Positions 1-12,200 of a DNA stretch of 64,000 bases are shown here, one piece after another (position 1 is the stretch's first letter; each line of letters starts with the position of its first letter). The notes under the pieces are model-generated. The model did no database searches and was not told where the DNA came from. It saw only the letters and a list, made by a program, of their open reading frames with translations. The DNA lies in IMG/VR virus record IMGVR_UViG_3300047561_001492, positions 6,103 to 70,102 of that record. One strand, 5' to 3'. The position numbers were made by a program, and so were the translations under genes. The stretch is from a virus (Duplodnaviria; Caudoviricetes).

Positions 1-1631
1 TTTTTTGATTGAGAACTATTTAATCTTTGAATATTATTTTGGTCAAATAAATTAAAATTAGCATAATCATTATTTCCAGAAGACTCTAACCACTCGCAAA
101 AAAATGGTCCATTTCCATTTTGATCGAGGCCATAGTTTCCTGTAACAAATATACTAATTGTTTTAAGATTTTTTACTAAATTAATAGTATTTATATCAAC
201 AGTGTTAAAAGAAAAAGGGCTATCAGTTGGTACTTCATATCCAGTTAAAAAGCCTGTAATAGTTGGAGAAACGCCTGTTCTAAAAAAAACTACTGTTTGA
301 TTAGGTGATAAAGTTTGGGTTAAAGTTAATGAGCTTTGACCCTGTTTACTATATATTGAAACATTTCCATATCCGGTGATAATTTCATCACTAAAGCCCG
401 TAGAACCAACTAATATTACATCGCCTTTATGACTAACAGATATTGATTTACCAAAAAAAGTATTATTTGATACAAAATCTTGATTACTATAAGATTCCAA
501 TAAAGTAAAATCATTTATATAAGTTGGAAAATAATTAGATCCAGTAATAAGCACGTTATAAAAATAATCTATTTGACCTGTTGCATATCGTAACTGTTTT
601 ATAGAACCGCTAAGTGCTTTATTTAAAATATTTCCGTCATTATCTAAAGTTGTAGAAAAAATATAACCAGTTCCGATGCCTGTTAAAAAATCTTCTCCAT
701 AAATAAAACCAGAAAGATTATTAGTTATTAAATTACCAGTAGAAAATAAACTTCCTGTAATAATTTCATTATTATGACCACTTATATTATAATATTTAAT
801 ATATATAACTTGGTCATCCGAAGATGCCATATTTAATCTATATTGATAATTTCTTTCATAAAGATTAGTTGAAAGATTTATAGCAAATTCATTTAAAATA
901 TTTTCAAAACTATCAAAATAAAATGGTGGAGAATTAATCTTAAAATTATATTCGGTTGTAATATTTCCAAAATTTGTATTTAATGTTAGTACGCCCAAAA
1001 TTCCAGTTAATGGCGGAATCCCAGATTGTACCGTATCAGCAGGTATATCAGAATTATAACGAAAAATTAAATTACCAGTTTTTAACCCAGAAATAAAATT
1101 TTTATCAAAATTATATAAACAATAGTAATTTTGACTTGTAAAATTTCCAGAAAATATTTCAAAAGATTTTTCTTTATTTTTTTCCTTATTACTAATTTGG
1201 GCGAAAATATCTTGACCTAATGTTATACCAGACAAAGGTTGAATAAAAGTATACTTTGGTGTATTTCCATATATATTTATATTTGTTGAAGCAACTGTAT
1301 CGTGGCTAGAAGCAAAAGTTATATATTTAAAATGATTACCAGAATTATATGAAAATAAACAAATTGGATTTTCATTAATAAAATAATTTAAATATCCAGA
1401 TCCTATATTACCAGATAGATATAAGGTTTCTCTTGGGTTATATGACCATACGTGCCTTTTATAAAAATCCAAAACTTTACCGCTATTAAAAGTAAATAGT
1501 TGTAAATATTCATTATCCCCACTAAAACCAAAATTAAAAGTACCAGTAGAATTATTAATAGATAAAGATAAGTCGTAAGAAAATTCATCCTGACTAGCTA
1601 TTGATCTATATACTGTACCAGTAATATCCAT
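1..1631 (-). CDS. Tail/baseplate-associated structural protein, runs off the window start (>543 aa)
   Basis: ATG at 1631 (MDITGTVYRSIASQDEFSYD...), 2 nt after the stop of 1634..4000. Frame was open in the stretches I read, down to base 3. Absent from the ORF track, presumably because it is truncated. Rich in 'SG/TG' motifs like the neighbouring tail genes. Confidence 0.6.
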   Translation of the reverse strand, partial: MDITGTVYRSIASQDEFSYDLSLSINNSTGTFNFGFSGDNEYLQLFTFNSGKVLDFYKRHVWSYNPRETLYLSGNIGSGYLNYFINENPICLFSYNSGNHFKYITFASSHDTVASTNINIYGNTPKYTFIQPLSGITLGQDIFAQISNKEKNKEKSFEIFSGNFTSQNYYCLYNFDKNFISGLKTGNLIFRYNSDIPADTVQSGIPPLTGILGVLTLNTNFGNITTEYNFKINSPPFYFDSFENILNEFAINLSTNLYERNYQYRLNMASSDDQVIYIKYYNISGHNNEIITGSLFSTGNLITNNLSGFIYGEDFLTGIGTGYIFSTTLDNDGNILNKALSGSIKQLRYATGQIDYFYNVLITGSNYFPTYINDFTLLESYSNQDFVSNNTFFGKSISVSHKGDVILVGSTGFSDEIITGYGNVSIYSKQGQSSLTLTQTLSPNQTVVFFRTGVSPTITGFLTGYEVPTDSPFSFNTVDINTINLVKNLKTISIFVTGNYGLDQNGNGPFFCEWLESSGNNDYANFNLFDQNNIQRLNSSQSK

Positions 1632-1633
1632 AT

Positions 1634-4000
1634 TTACGTTGCGTTTATACTTGTTCTATTTATTTGTGAATTGATCTTTCTTACAAAAGAATCTACAGGA
1701 GTTCTTTGTTTTGGTCTGGTAGAAAAAGTGACAGTTGTTTTAAAACCATCATCTGATAATGAGACATCTAATCCAGATAAACCTTCCTTAACTGACAGGT
1801 TATCTATCGATGGTTCTCCAGCAAATACATATTTTATAGTTGTTTGTGGAGATGAATTAGTAATAGTCACAGCTTTAGGTAGGTTAGTTTTTCTAAGTAG
1901 TGAAAAATCATCATGTGTTGGATCCGTTACATTATCCTCAATTACTTCAAGTCTTGCAACATTATCTGCTGTTGCCCCAGTTCCTTCGAATTTAATAGTT
2001 TCTATAGCGCCTTTTTTTAAAAAATTTGCATTTATAGTATAATTATAGATTACTTGGTATTGAGAGTCAGAAGGTCCACATAATGTAAGACGACCAGATC
2101 CTAAATTTGCAGTTATAGATTTGGCTGATCTGGTGAGTAATCCATCAATCAATTGTTTTTCGGGCTTTTGTGCGGGAATTACTTTGTCTCTAGCTAGTTG
2201 TTCAGCCTTTTCTCTAGCCGTTTGGCAGGATCCAGCTTTATACACATCATCAAATGGCCCACAATTGTTTTCTGTATCACCGGAAGATTGGCTAATTAAA
2301 TCTCCAATAGTTGTTTCCCTAGCATTATTGGAGGACCCAAAACTCACACTAAACCTTGGTAAAAGTTTATCTACTAAAGTTGATTTGGGTATTACGGCTA
2401 ATACATTTGAAGTAGATGAAATTCCTGGTAGAGTTCCGCTAGAAAATTCATAATGCCAAGGTTGTAATTGTTCTAATTTTCCAATTAAACTTTCATTTAA
2501 ACCAAGTGCCTCTGCAGCAGTTTGACTATCATGACTCATTGTGCCTTGTCTTACAAATAATTTTCGCCCTTTAAAACTAACGCCTTCCGATAACTCTTCT
2601 ACATAAGAACCTTCGGGTTGCACATTTACATTGATTTCTATAATAGAACTATTACTACAATAAAAAAATTTACCGCTCTTACCTGAATGTTGATAATATT
2701 TTCCAAGAAATTGTATCGCCTCCTGCTCTACTTGTTGAAATGTATTTAACCATCCCTCATCAAAATCAGCATAATAAAAATCATAATTAGGTAATCCAGT
2801 TCCATCTATTTTTTCTAAAGCGGCAATATTTTCTGCACATCCCACGCTTTGTAAACCAGCGATTGCCTTAGCTTTTTCGGTAGATGATAATATTTTACTT
2901 GTTGATGTGTTATAACCACCAGCAAAGAAATAACCTTGATATAAAACCCAAATATTTCTTAAAGATTGATTAATATATCCTAAAAATCCAGCTGTTAGCA
3001 TTTGACTTTGATTTCTGCTACCCCAAGATTCTCTATCAGATATAGAACTTACCGTACCATTTTTATTAAAAAAATATCCAATAGAATAGGGATTTATACC
3101 AACAGTTATACTAAATTTTGCTGTTCCTAGTAAACTCTTTATAGCCTCTTTAGGATATATTACATATGCAAACCCTATTTGTTTAAAAGTCCCTTCGGCC
3201 GAAACGGTTTTAGATTTTTCTAAAATATTAGGATAGCTTGATGTAGAAACATCCGGAACTGTAGAAATTCCGTTACTTGAATTATAATACGCAATATTAT
3301 CTTGTGTAAAATCCCAATAAAATTCATTACCAGTCTCATTACACCATTGCGAAATTACCTCTCTTAAAGTCCCTTCATGTGTTGATCTATAACCCTCTGG
3401 CGCTTGAAAAGTAATATCTACTGGAGATACTTTTTTTAATTGATCTAAAGTATAGTATGTTCCAGGAACAGTACACTCACTATCTTTAAATTCTTCAGTA
3501 CCAACATATAATATATTACCAGAATTTGACGCAGCCGCGCAGGAAGTTGCAGTCATATCTATTGATCCTAAATTAACTTTTTCAAATTGAATCGTACCTT
3601 GGACAAATTTTGGAACTAAATACTCTATATCTGAAAAATTAAACGTTTTTTTTACATCAAGTGATTTACCTTTATCGCCAAAGAATCCTTTTTTCCATAA
3701 TAAAACATAATAACGATCTAAAATAACACTACCATCAATCAACTCGACTTGTAAAGTTTTTTGAGCGGCAGACTCATTTATAGAATAAGACCATGGAGTA
3801 CCAATAAATCTAAAGCTTCCAAACGATACGCTTACTTTATTTTTACCTCCAATAGTGGGGGGTGAATAGGAACCTTTTGAATTTACTATATCTAAAGTTA
3901 ATTTAGAAGGTTCTTTTGCATATCCAACGGATAGGCTTAAACCATAAATTACTCCACCATAATTTGGTCCAGTTATAACTGGTACATCTTCAATTGCCAT
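1634..4000 (-). CDS. Tail tip/baseplate hub-like protein (788 aa)
   Basis: ORF track; position downstream of tape measure; beta-rich N-terminus. Function from synteny only. Confidence 0.55.
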   Translation of the reverse strand: MAIEDVPVITGPNYGGVIYGLSLSVGYAKEPSKLTLDIVNSKGSYSPPTIGGKNKVSVSFGSFRFIGTPWSYSINESAAQKTLQVELIDGSVILDRYYVLLWKKGFFGDKGKSLDVKKTFNFSDIEYLVPKFVQGTIQFEKVNLGSIDMTATSCAAASNSGNILYVGTEEFKDSECTVPGTYYTLDQLKKVSPVDITFQAPEGYRSTHEGTLREVISQWCNETGNEFYWDFTQDNIAYYNSSNGISTVPDVSTSSYPNILEKSKTVSAEGTFKQIGFAYVIYPKEAIKSLLGTAKFSITVGINPYSIGYFFNKNGTVSSISDRESWGSRNQSQMLTAGFLGYINQSLRNIWVLYQGYFFAGGYNTSTSKILSSTEKAKAIAGLQSVGCAENIAALEKIDGTGLPNYDFYYADFDEGWLNTFQQVEQEAIQFLGKYYQHSGKSGKFFYCSNSSIIEINVNVQPEGSYVEELSEGVSFKGRKLFVRQGTMSHDSQTAAEALGLNESLIGKLEQLQPWHYEFSSGTLPGISSTSNVLAVIPKSTLVDKLLPRFSVSFGSSNNARETTIGDLISQSSGDTENNCGPFDDVYKAGSCQTAREKAEQLARDKVIPAQKPEKQLIDGLLTRSAKSITANLGSGRLTLCGPSDSQYQVIYNYTINANFLKKGAIETIKFEGTGATADNVARLEVIEDNVTDPTHDDFSLLRKTNLPKAVTITNSSPQTTIKYVFAGEPSIDNLSVKEGLSGLDVSLSDDGFKTTVTFSTRPKQRTPVDSFVRKINSQINRTSINAT

Positions 4001-4074
4001 TTTATATTACTCCTTTTTCCTTATTATTGTTATATTTACACTTAAATTTATATATAAAAAATTAATATTCTAAG

Positions 4075-6000
4075 TTATTTTTGAATAAAAAAACCATCAT
4101 TACTATTTAATATATTAAAATTATCAGTATCCATATAAAAATTACCAGAAATTAAATCAAAATTGCTATTTTCAATATAATTATTATTAAGTTTTTGTTT
4201 GATCCCATTATAATAAATTAACGAGCAACCATGGTTAAAATTATTTAAAATCTTAAATGACCCACTATTAGTTATATATTTATTAAAACCAGAATCTATA
4301 GTTTTAATTAAGAAAAGTTGTGGGTCAATACCAGTTAAATCAAAATTAAAATTTAGTCCATTACTAGATTTATTATAATCGAGTCCAGATATTAATTTTT
4401 GACCATTTTGAAAAATAAAACTATTGCTGTTAGTATTTATTGGCAAAACAGTTCCAGATTTATAGTCTGTTAAATAAAAATAATTATTATCTCCACTTAA
4501 ATTATCATAAAAAATAAAATCAAATTCATTTGAATCTTTAATATAAATTTTATTACCAGTAGTAAAATAATCAAATATTGGAGTATAAATAATATCATAT
4601 CCTGATAAACCGCTACTATACCCTCCATTTGTTAATGTTTGACCATTTTTAAATAATATTAAATCTCCAGATTTATAATTTTTACTATTAATATAGTACC
4701 CATTAATTGAATCAAAATCTAAATCATTATTATAATCTAAATTTTTATTTATATAATTTTTTGTATAAGCTTCTATAATATCATTATTTTTTAAATTATC
4801 GTCCAATAAAGAGATATATGAGTAGGATAAAGATTTTAAAAAATTTTCATCTTGATAATAATCTATAATAAATTGTTGTTCTTTTCCTGTAGTACATATC
4901 GATTGTGTTGTAAAAACCAATCCTTGTCCAGTTATAAGTCCAGTTAAATTAATATTAATATTTCCAGTTGAAATAATTAAACCAGTAATTCCACTATTAA
5001 TAATTATATTTCCAGTTATTAGTCCGGTTAGAGGCGTTATTTCATATATATTATTGGAACTTCCGCAAGTATCTACATAAGCACCTATTATATTTTGTTT
5101 AAATCCAGTTGTACCACTATAGTTAAAACCAGATAACACATTAGTATATCCAGTAATTCCCGAAGTTCTTACCGAAAATCCGGAAGAATAAGTTCCTGTA
5201 ATACCACTATAACTAAAACCAGATAATATCGAAATACCACTTTGATAGCAATCTACCGTAGTATCTATAGTTACTATTTCTGGATTTGAATATAAACTTC
5301 TAGCTAAGTCGTCTGCATAAAATGGTAAATTATTTTTTAATATATAAAATTTGTCAATATATCCAATAAAATTTTGACTATTAACCCAAGGAATACTATT
5401 TTGAAAAGATCCACCTAAAAATAATTGATTACTATCTTTAAAAATGTTATTAAATATAGAAAAAGACTCGGTTTCAAATTCAAAAGTATTATTGTTATAT
5501 TTTCCAATCGTTAAACTACTTGATTCTTTATATATATAAATTAAATTTTTATCACTAATAGTCTTTTGAAAAGTAAAAGAGAACGGCCCCTCTATAGGAT
5601 TCCAATATTTAAAATATAATTTATTAGCCTGATTAATACCTAAAACATAACCAGAATAATTATTAAAATTATTTCCAGTAACAGAGGACAATAAAATTTC
5701 ATCTCTATTATTAGTTTTTGTATATGAAATAAACATTAAAGCATTATCTATTTCAAATGGTTTATCAAATTTTACAATACTATTGCCATTAAAATATCCA
5801 GATCCAGTAAAATAAAAATCCAAAGGAGTGGTAGATATTAAATTACCAGTACTTGAGTAAGGAAAGGCCCATTCGTCTGGATAAACATTAGAATTACCAT
5901 TAACTTTATTTCCAGAATAAAAACCAAAAGCCGCAAAAATATCACTTTTGGGTATGCCTAAAAATGATAATTTATTATTAATACCCGTATAGTAATTCAT
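4075..6000 (-). CDS. Tail protein with N-terminal LamG/concanavalin-A-like domain (641 aa)
   Basis: LamG-like pattern 'YFNGNSIVKF...YVLGINQANKLYF...LFLGG...FIGYIDKFYI'; tail module position. Confidence 0.6.
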   Translation of the reverse strand: MNYYTGINNKLSFLGIPKSDIFAAFGFYSGNKVNGNSNVYPDEWAFPYSSTGNLISTTPLDFYFTGSGYFNGNSIVKFDKPFEIDNALMFISYTKTNNRDEILLSSVTGNNFNNYSGYVLGINQANKLYFKYWNPIEGPFSFTFQKTISDKNLIYIYKESSSLTIGKYNNNTFEFETESFSIFNNIFKDSNQLFLGGSFQNSIPWVNSQNFIGYIDKFYILKNNLPFYADDLARSLYSNPEIVTIDTTVDCYQSGISILSGFSYSGITGTYSSGFSVRTSGITGYTNVLSGFNYSGTTGFKQNIIGAYVDTCGSSNNIYEITPLTGLITGNIIINSGITGLIISTGNININLTGLITGQGLVFTTQSICTTGKEQQFIIDYYQDENFLKSLSYSYISLLDDNLKNNDIIEAYTKNYINKNLDYNNDLDFDSINGYYINSKNYKSGDLILFKNGQTLTNGGYSSGLSGYDIIYTPIFDYFTTGNKIYIKDSNEFDFIFYDNLSGDNNYFYLTDYKSGTVLPINTNSNSFIFQNGQKLISGLDYNKSSNGLNFNFDLTGIDPQLFLIKTIDSGFNKYITNSGSFKILNNFNHGCSLIYYNGIKQKLNNNYIENSNFDLISGNFYMDTDNFNILNSNDGFFIQK

Positions 6001-6005
6001 ATTGT

Positions 6006-7589
6006 TTATATTTTACCCTCAAATGACCACGATCCATTAATCGTTACCGATTTAATTGAGTCGGTAATAGATATATCATATTCTTCTTCTAGAGATGTAT
6101 TTTGATCTACATATAAATTTTTAAGTCTATTAATTTCTTTGGAAACCTCATCTTTTACAAAAGTAATAGACGTATCTATTTGCCCAATTGCTGTTACACT
6201 GATTTTACATACGGATCTATTTGCACATAATAAATTTTGAACATTATGTGCCCTAGGTACCGCAGCAGCAGGATTGGCGACATATATTTCTAGCGAAGGA
6301 CTATATGAAACAGTTGAAGACATAGATAAGATTTGCGCATTAAAAGATCGAGTTTTATTACTAAATTTAGCTCTATAGTTAATTTCCGCGTTATATTCAT
6401 TAAATGATATAGACTCATTTATTGGCGTGGAATTTAATGGATTAGAATTAGTAGGAGCATCTTTATTATACTCAACAAGAACAAGACTATAAGGAAAAAA
6501 TTCTTTTGTATAGTAATTTAATACTAGTGGCCATTTAGTGCTATTATCTCCGTATCTTCCGAAAATTTTTGCAGAAATTTCTGATTCAGTAATGCATTTC
6601 AAAGGGTCTGTAATAGTTGTTACGGTATAATCATTTATAATATTAGGTAAATAATCATTATTATATGTAAAATTAAAATTTAAACTATTTTCATTCGGAG
6701 ACTCTTCCACTAATTGTGAAATAGCTTTATTATTTAAATCAACATTAAAAATATTGCGAGTCAATGTATTACATAAATTATAATAATTAATATTATTAAA
6801 CTCAGTTCGAATAGTATCTATGGTATTTCCGTTAAGCGTTCCATTAATATTACTAACAATTAATCCATCATTTATTCCAGAAGTTACGTCAACAGTATAT
6901 TGCAAAAAAGCTGACTTTGGACTTTCTATATTAACATTTTTTTTATAAACCCCTACGTGGCTATAATTTCCATTAAAACGATCCACTTCTTCTGATACTG
7001 TTTGTAGTAAAAAATCATTTGTATTATTTTTACAAAAAATAGGTAGAATTTTATTAAATTGACCAGTACGACTATTTACCCACTCTTTAGCATTTTCAAT
7101 CGCATTTTGATTTAATGTTTGAATTCCCTGGGCGGATAAACTATGTGTAAAAGTTAAAAAATCGCCATTTTCCTCTTGAAACTCAAAATTTTCTTCAGGA
7201 TTAATGACACCATAACTTTCTTGAAAAAGACCGGAATCATAAACGGTAAATTCAATATTAAATGGTAATAGACCATACCATTTATTTTCTGGGAAACTAA
7301 TTGAATTAACTACAGCAACATTTGCTTTATATATTTCAGTACCATTTTCTACAATTTTTAATTCTTTAAAATTATTTTTTAAATCATTAAGTAGTGATGA
7401 TTTATAATTATAGAGATTATTAAATTTGGAGTTTTTTCCAGTAATTTGGCCGTCTAATGTTAAATTAGTAATTTGATTTGTTTTATTACTAAAATCAATA
7501 TAATCCTGAGATATAGAAACAAAAGGTGTCGGAGCTATATCTTTAAAGATATCTTTACCATTGTAATAAATTATAAGATTATTATTCAT
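6006..7589 (-). CDS. Tail protein (527 aa)
   Basis: ORF track; second gene after tape measure; start overlaps the stop of 7589..9250. Confidence 0.55.
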   Translation of the reverse strand: MNNNLIIYYNGKDIFKDIAPTPFVSISQDYIDFSNKTNQITNLTLDGQITGKNSKFNNLYNYKSSLLNDLKNNFKELKIVENGTEIYKANVAVVNSISFPENKWYGLLPFNIEFTVYDSGLFQESYGVINPEENFEFQEENGDFLTFTHSLSAQGIQTLNQNAIENAKEWVNSRTGQFNKILPIFCKNNTNDFLLQTVSEEVDRFNGNYSHVGVYKKNVNIESPKSAFLQYTVDVTSGINDGLIVSNINGTLNGNTIDTIRTEFNNINYYNLCNTLTRNIFNVDLNNKAISQLVEESPNENSLNFNFTYNNDYLPNIINDYTVTTITDPLKCITESEISAKIFGRYGDNSTKWPLVLNYYTKEFFPYSLVLVEYNKDAPTNSNPLNSTPINESISFNEYNAEINYRAKFSNKTRSFNAQILSMSSTVSYSPSLEIYVANPAAAVPRAHNVQNLLCANRSVCKISVTAIGQIDTSITFVKDEVSKEINRLKNLYVDQNTSLEEEYDISITDSIKSVTINGSWSFEGKI

Positions 7590-9250
7590 TATGAATACAA
7601 ATATGTAGCAGTTAATTTTACAGTTTTTTCTATCTCATCTGTAGTATAAATTATTGAGTCTAAATATGTATCAGAAACAAACGACGGTGTAAAATTAGAA
7701 TTGCCACGAGTGCTAAAGGGTACTAAATCTTGAGCGATTGAATAAAAATTTTTACTATTGAAATCTGTTGAAAGGCATCCAATATTTAGTTCGACTGTGA
7801 CCGTATATGTTCCCTGTTGTTTTAAAGATCTATTTTGTAAAACAGGAAATCCAACTCGAAATTGAGAGCCTGGAATAATAAAGGCTTTAACAATTGGTTT
7901 TAACCCAGTATCACTTTTTTCTAAAGTAATTTTAGTTATTCCATTAATATTATTTTGTTGAATTTTTTGATCATCTGTATAGGTATAATCATAACTTATT
8001 TTACCTTGATATTTACTTCTACTAATAGATGAAGATAAGAATTTTAAAGAAAAATTAGATGGTTTTATAGTAGCATATGAATTATAAAATGATTGGATTC
8101 TAGTAAATATTTCATTTTTTATCGTGTTAAAACCTGTTTCTGCAGATAAATACTTACTAAAAATTTTATCTAAAGCGCCATTTCCTGTAATTTCTCCAGA
8201 TTCACTGACCGTCCAAACACCCTCTTCATTTTTATCTAAAGTTTGTATAGATTCAAATATATAATTATTATTCTCTCTTTTTTTATCATTATCAAATGAA
8301 ATCGTATAATTAATAATTCCATCAAATTTATTAATTTTTACTGTTTTTTCAGTTTGAACTGTATTTAAATTTTTTGAAATATCAAATTTTGTTTTATAAA
8401 TATTAAAAAAACTAATACATCTAGAATTTGCTTCGGTAATTTCTGTATTTAAACCTGTATAGGCATTAGCGTATAATGATGGAACGTCGTACTCACCTTT
8501 TATTTCACAGTCTTCAGTTACTGTAGCTATACCATCTTCATTTAAATTTAACGAATGGGTTCTTTTAATTGAGTAATTATTATTAATATTTTCATTATTA
8601 TATGAAAACTTTTTTCTAAATCCGCACTTACCATCAATTAAACTATAATTTTCCGAATTAAAAACTTTAAAATTAGTTCTATAGGAATAATTACCCTCTC
8701 CGACTAATGATGGTAAAGTTTTTAAGAGTTCTTTTGCTAAAATTTGGGCTAAGATTATTAATGGAGTCGTTGGTTGTACTGAATCATATTGAATATCTAT
8801 ACTATGTTCGCCATCCAAAATTTTATTTTGAGAATCAAAATTAATATTAAAATTTTCACTAAAATTTTTCAATAAATATAAACTCTTGTCATTTAAATTT
8901 AACCCTGTAAATTCTTGTGAATTTATATTTAATAACGAACATTCTTCATATATTTCAATAGTAGCTTGATATTCTGTTAATCTTACCCAGTTACCACTAT
9001 CTACTGAAAAAGCTGTGACTTTACCACGACCAAAAACTTCACCATTTATGGTTAAATTTTGAAATTCTTTTGTAGAATTAATCAAATCTTTTACTTGATT
9101 AAAAACACCATCAACTCCATTAAAACTTGCAAGATCTAATACATACCCACGTATTGAAAATATTTTTTTTGAAGAATACTGCAAGGAGTTTTCACCAAAA
9201 AATAAATTTTCATGATTATAACCTAATAAATTTACATTATTGAATATCAT
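7589..9250 (-). CDS. Distal tail-type protein (553 aa)
   Basis: Gene immediately downstream of the tape measure; synteny only. Confidence 0.55.
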   Translation of the reverse strand: MIFNNVNLLGYNHENLFFGENSLQYSSKKIFSIRGYVLDLASFNGVDGVFNQVKDLINSTKEFQNLTINGEVFGRGKVTAFSVDSGNWVRLTEYQATIEIYEECSLLNINSQEFTGLNLNDKSLYLLKNFSENFNINFDSQNKILDGEHSIDIQYDSVQPTTPLIILAQILAKELLKTLPSLVGEGNYSYRTNFKVFNSENYSLIDGKCGFRKKFSYNNENINNNYSIKRTHSLNLNEDGIATVTEDCEIKGEYDVPSLYANAYTGLNTEITEANSRCISFFNIYKTKFDISKNLNTVQTEKTVKINKFDGIINYTISFDNDKKRENNNYIFESIQTLDKNEEGVWTVSESGEITGNGALDKIFSKYLSAETGFNTIKNEIFTRIQSFYNSYATIKPSNFSLKFLSSSISRSKYQGKISYDYTYTDDQKIQQNNINGITKITLEKSDTGLKPIVKAFIIPGSQFRVGFPVLQNRSLKQQGTYTVTVELNIGCLSTDFNSKNFYSIAQDLVPFSTRGNSNFTPSFVSDTYLDSIIYTTDEIEKTVKLTATYLYS

Positions 9251-9268
9251 GTTATTAAATACTTATAT

Positions 9269-12200
9269 TTAGGAAGTCGTTGGGGGCATTTTAATATTTA
9301 ATTTTGTATAAATCTCTGATCTTAATTTATCTATTGCCACATTTACTTTTGAATCGAAATCAGACCCCACAGTTCCATTAACAACTGTATTAAAAGGCCC
9401 TATATTTGTATCTGCTGGTTGGGTTGTGGTTGAATTAGATGTGGTAGAATTGTTTTGAGCGTTATTAGTATTATTATTATTTTTTTCTTCAACCGTGGAA
9501 CTTAATTTTTCCGCAGCAGCTTGTAAAGCTTTAGTTGCCGCAACTAACCCTTCATTTACAGCGGTATTATTCTGAGTTGCTGAAGTAATTTTTTCACGAT
9601 CATTCGCCACTTGTTGCGGCGATGTTACTGTAGGCGCTTTAGGCCCTCCTGTTTCATTATTATAAATATTAGCTGGCGTTTGTTTTGTTCGCGTTGATTC
9701 GCCAGCCCTTGCCGCTGCATTATCATATGTTATTGGACTGAAAGGATTATTAGTTACATAGCGTTGTAAAGCTGTACCCATGGATACACCCATTTCTTCT
9801 CCTTTTATATCAGAATATTTAGGATTTAATAAATTAAAAATCCCCTCTTTTTCGCTTTGTATTCTGTCAAAACTATTTAAACCCATTCCTGTATTAGATC
9901 CAGCCGTGGTAGCCATGAACACAGGATCTGCCATGTCTGTTTGCGAAGCCAATTTATAAGGATTATAAGCGCCAGGTGTATTAGCATATTTTTCGTCAGA
10001 ATTGTAGAAAAAATTACTTTCAGTAGGTCCCAACCCCAGACCCCCAGCCTGACTCCACTGTTCAAACTGTTTTTGATCTCTAGCTTTTACCGTTTCCGCC
10101 TCTATTTGTGAAATACTTTTTTGAGGAGATAATTGTGTAGTAGCTTCTTGTGTATTACTAGAAGCACCTAAACTCGAAGCGACTGCAGTTTTAATTCCAG
10201 ATTCAATAACTCCAGCCCCACCTTTTAATTCTAAAGGTTTTTGTCCTTTTTCTATTAAATTAGCATTAACCTTTTGTAATTCTATTAACGCCTGTGCTTG
10301 TGTTGTATTTAATGTTGTTAATGATTGAATACTAGGATCATTAGTACTTAAATCTGCTGTTTGACTAATAATATCAGCAAATGCTGGATCTATTTTTTGT
10401 AATTGTTGTAATGCGGGATTTTTATATCTCCCAACGATTTCATTAAACCTTTTTTCCGATAAAGACCCCGTTGCTGCTGATACTTGTAATTCTGAAATAT
10501 TTTTCGCACCACCCAAGGAATCTATAGAATCTTTAAATGCTTGTAATTCTATTCGAGTTAAATCTCCACCCCTACCAACGCGTTCTTGTTGTTTTATTAA
10601 TTTATCAATAGAAGATAATTGAGTTGTAATATCACTAGTTCTTCCGGTAACCGCCCTATTAAAAGCCTCTCCTTGTGGATTTACTTTATAAGCGCCTCCA
10701 GACAAAGTTTTTAATTGCGTAATTAATCTTAAGGATTCTCTACCCAAATCAATTGTAGAATCATTTTTAGGACGGCCTTGAACCGTACCCTTTTCTGCAG
10801 ATAACCTTTCCTTAATTAATGGTTTAATTGTTTCAATTGTACTCTGTATTGGGGCTATTAAACCGCCCTGTGTTGGTTGTAAAAATTCATCTGCACCACC
10901 AAAAGCTCCAATAGTTTGGTTGAGTTTTTGCATAAGAATTTTCTGCGTAGCTTCTTTTGCTAAACTGCGTCTTTGTTGGTATGCTTTTTGCGCTTGATCG
11001 AGTTGATCAGTATTAAATTTAGCTAATGCTAATTCTATTTTATTTGTGATCTCAGAATTAGAACCGAGACCAAATGAGGCGATAGAAGAACCAATGCCTT
11101 TTAAAAATTCTCCAGAGTCTAAACCGCTTGTAACATCTGATACAAGTGATTCAATTGAGGCAATTGTTTGACTTAATTTTTGTTCTTCTTGTAGGATCTC
11201 TGATGTTTTTTGTTCTGTATTAGATTGAATCGCATCAGCGCCTTTTTGAGATGGACTAGCTAAACTATTTCTTAATTTTTCAATTATTTTATTTTGATTT
11301 TCTTGAGAAACGTCTTCAAGTGCAGATCGAACCGAATTTTTTAATTCGATTGCGCTACCTGCAAGAGCAGATCTTTGACTTTCTGCTATGGTTGCTAATT
11401 CCCCCCCAATTTCTAATTTTCTACCAAAATCCGATCCAGTGCCAACTACAGATTCAACTAAATTTTGTTTATTTGTAAATTTATCTGCAATTTTTAAATT
11501 ATTTTCAAAGCTTAAAGCTCCTTCATTTAAGTTGTCAATCGCTGATCTCCATAAATTTTGTACAGCGATATTTTTTTGAATTGAATTTATTGTAGCATTT
11601 ACTGCATCGGTAGATTTTTTAAGTACATCGTTTCGTGCTTCATTTGCTGTAGCATCTAATAAAGCCGCATCTAAGGCATTTTTTAAGGCTTCTGGGCCTT
11701 CGTTTAAAGCTCGAATTAATTCTTTGAGAACATTAGAAAAACTTATAAGGTCATCATCGGCAAGATTTAATAATTGATTTATATCTTGAGCTTTTGTTTC
11801 TGATTCTGGTATAATATTTTTAAGAATACCTTCTAAATCCAACAAAGAATTGCTAAGACCTTTACCACCAGATTGAAAAGGATCACTTTTTTTAGCTAAT
11901 TCTTGCAATTGTGGTAAACCAACGTCTTTCTGTCTTTGAAAATTTTGTTGAACAGCCTCTTGTTCAGTTATTTTACCAGCTTTTATTTGATTTTTTAATT
12001 CTTGTGGTAATGTAGATAGATCTTTAAACAAACCTGTAAAGGAATTCCTTAAGAGTTCAGCGTCCGCCTTTCCTTGCCTATTATTTGGGTTTGTATTAAA
12101 GCCTCCTGGAAAAACTCCAAACGTTTTCTTCTCCTCTAAAGCCTGTAATTGGACAAATCTTTGGGCACTCCCAGTTTGTTGAATTTTTTCCTGTAAAACT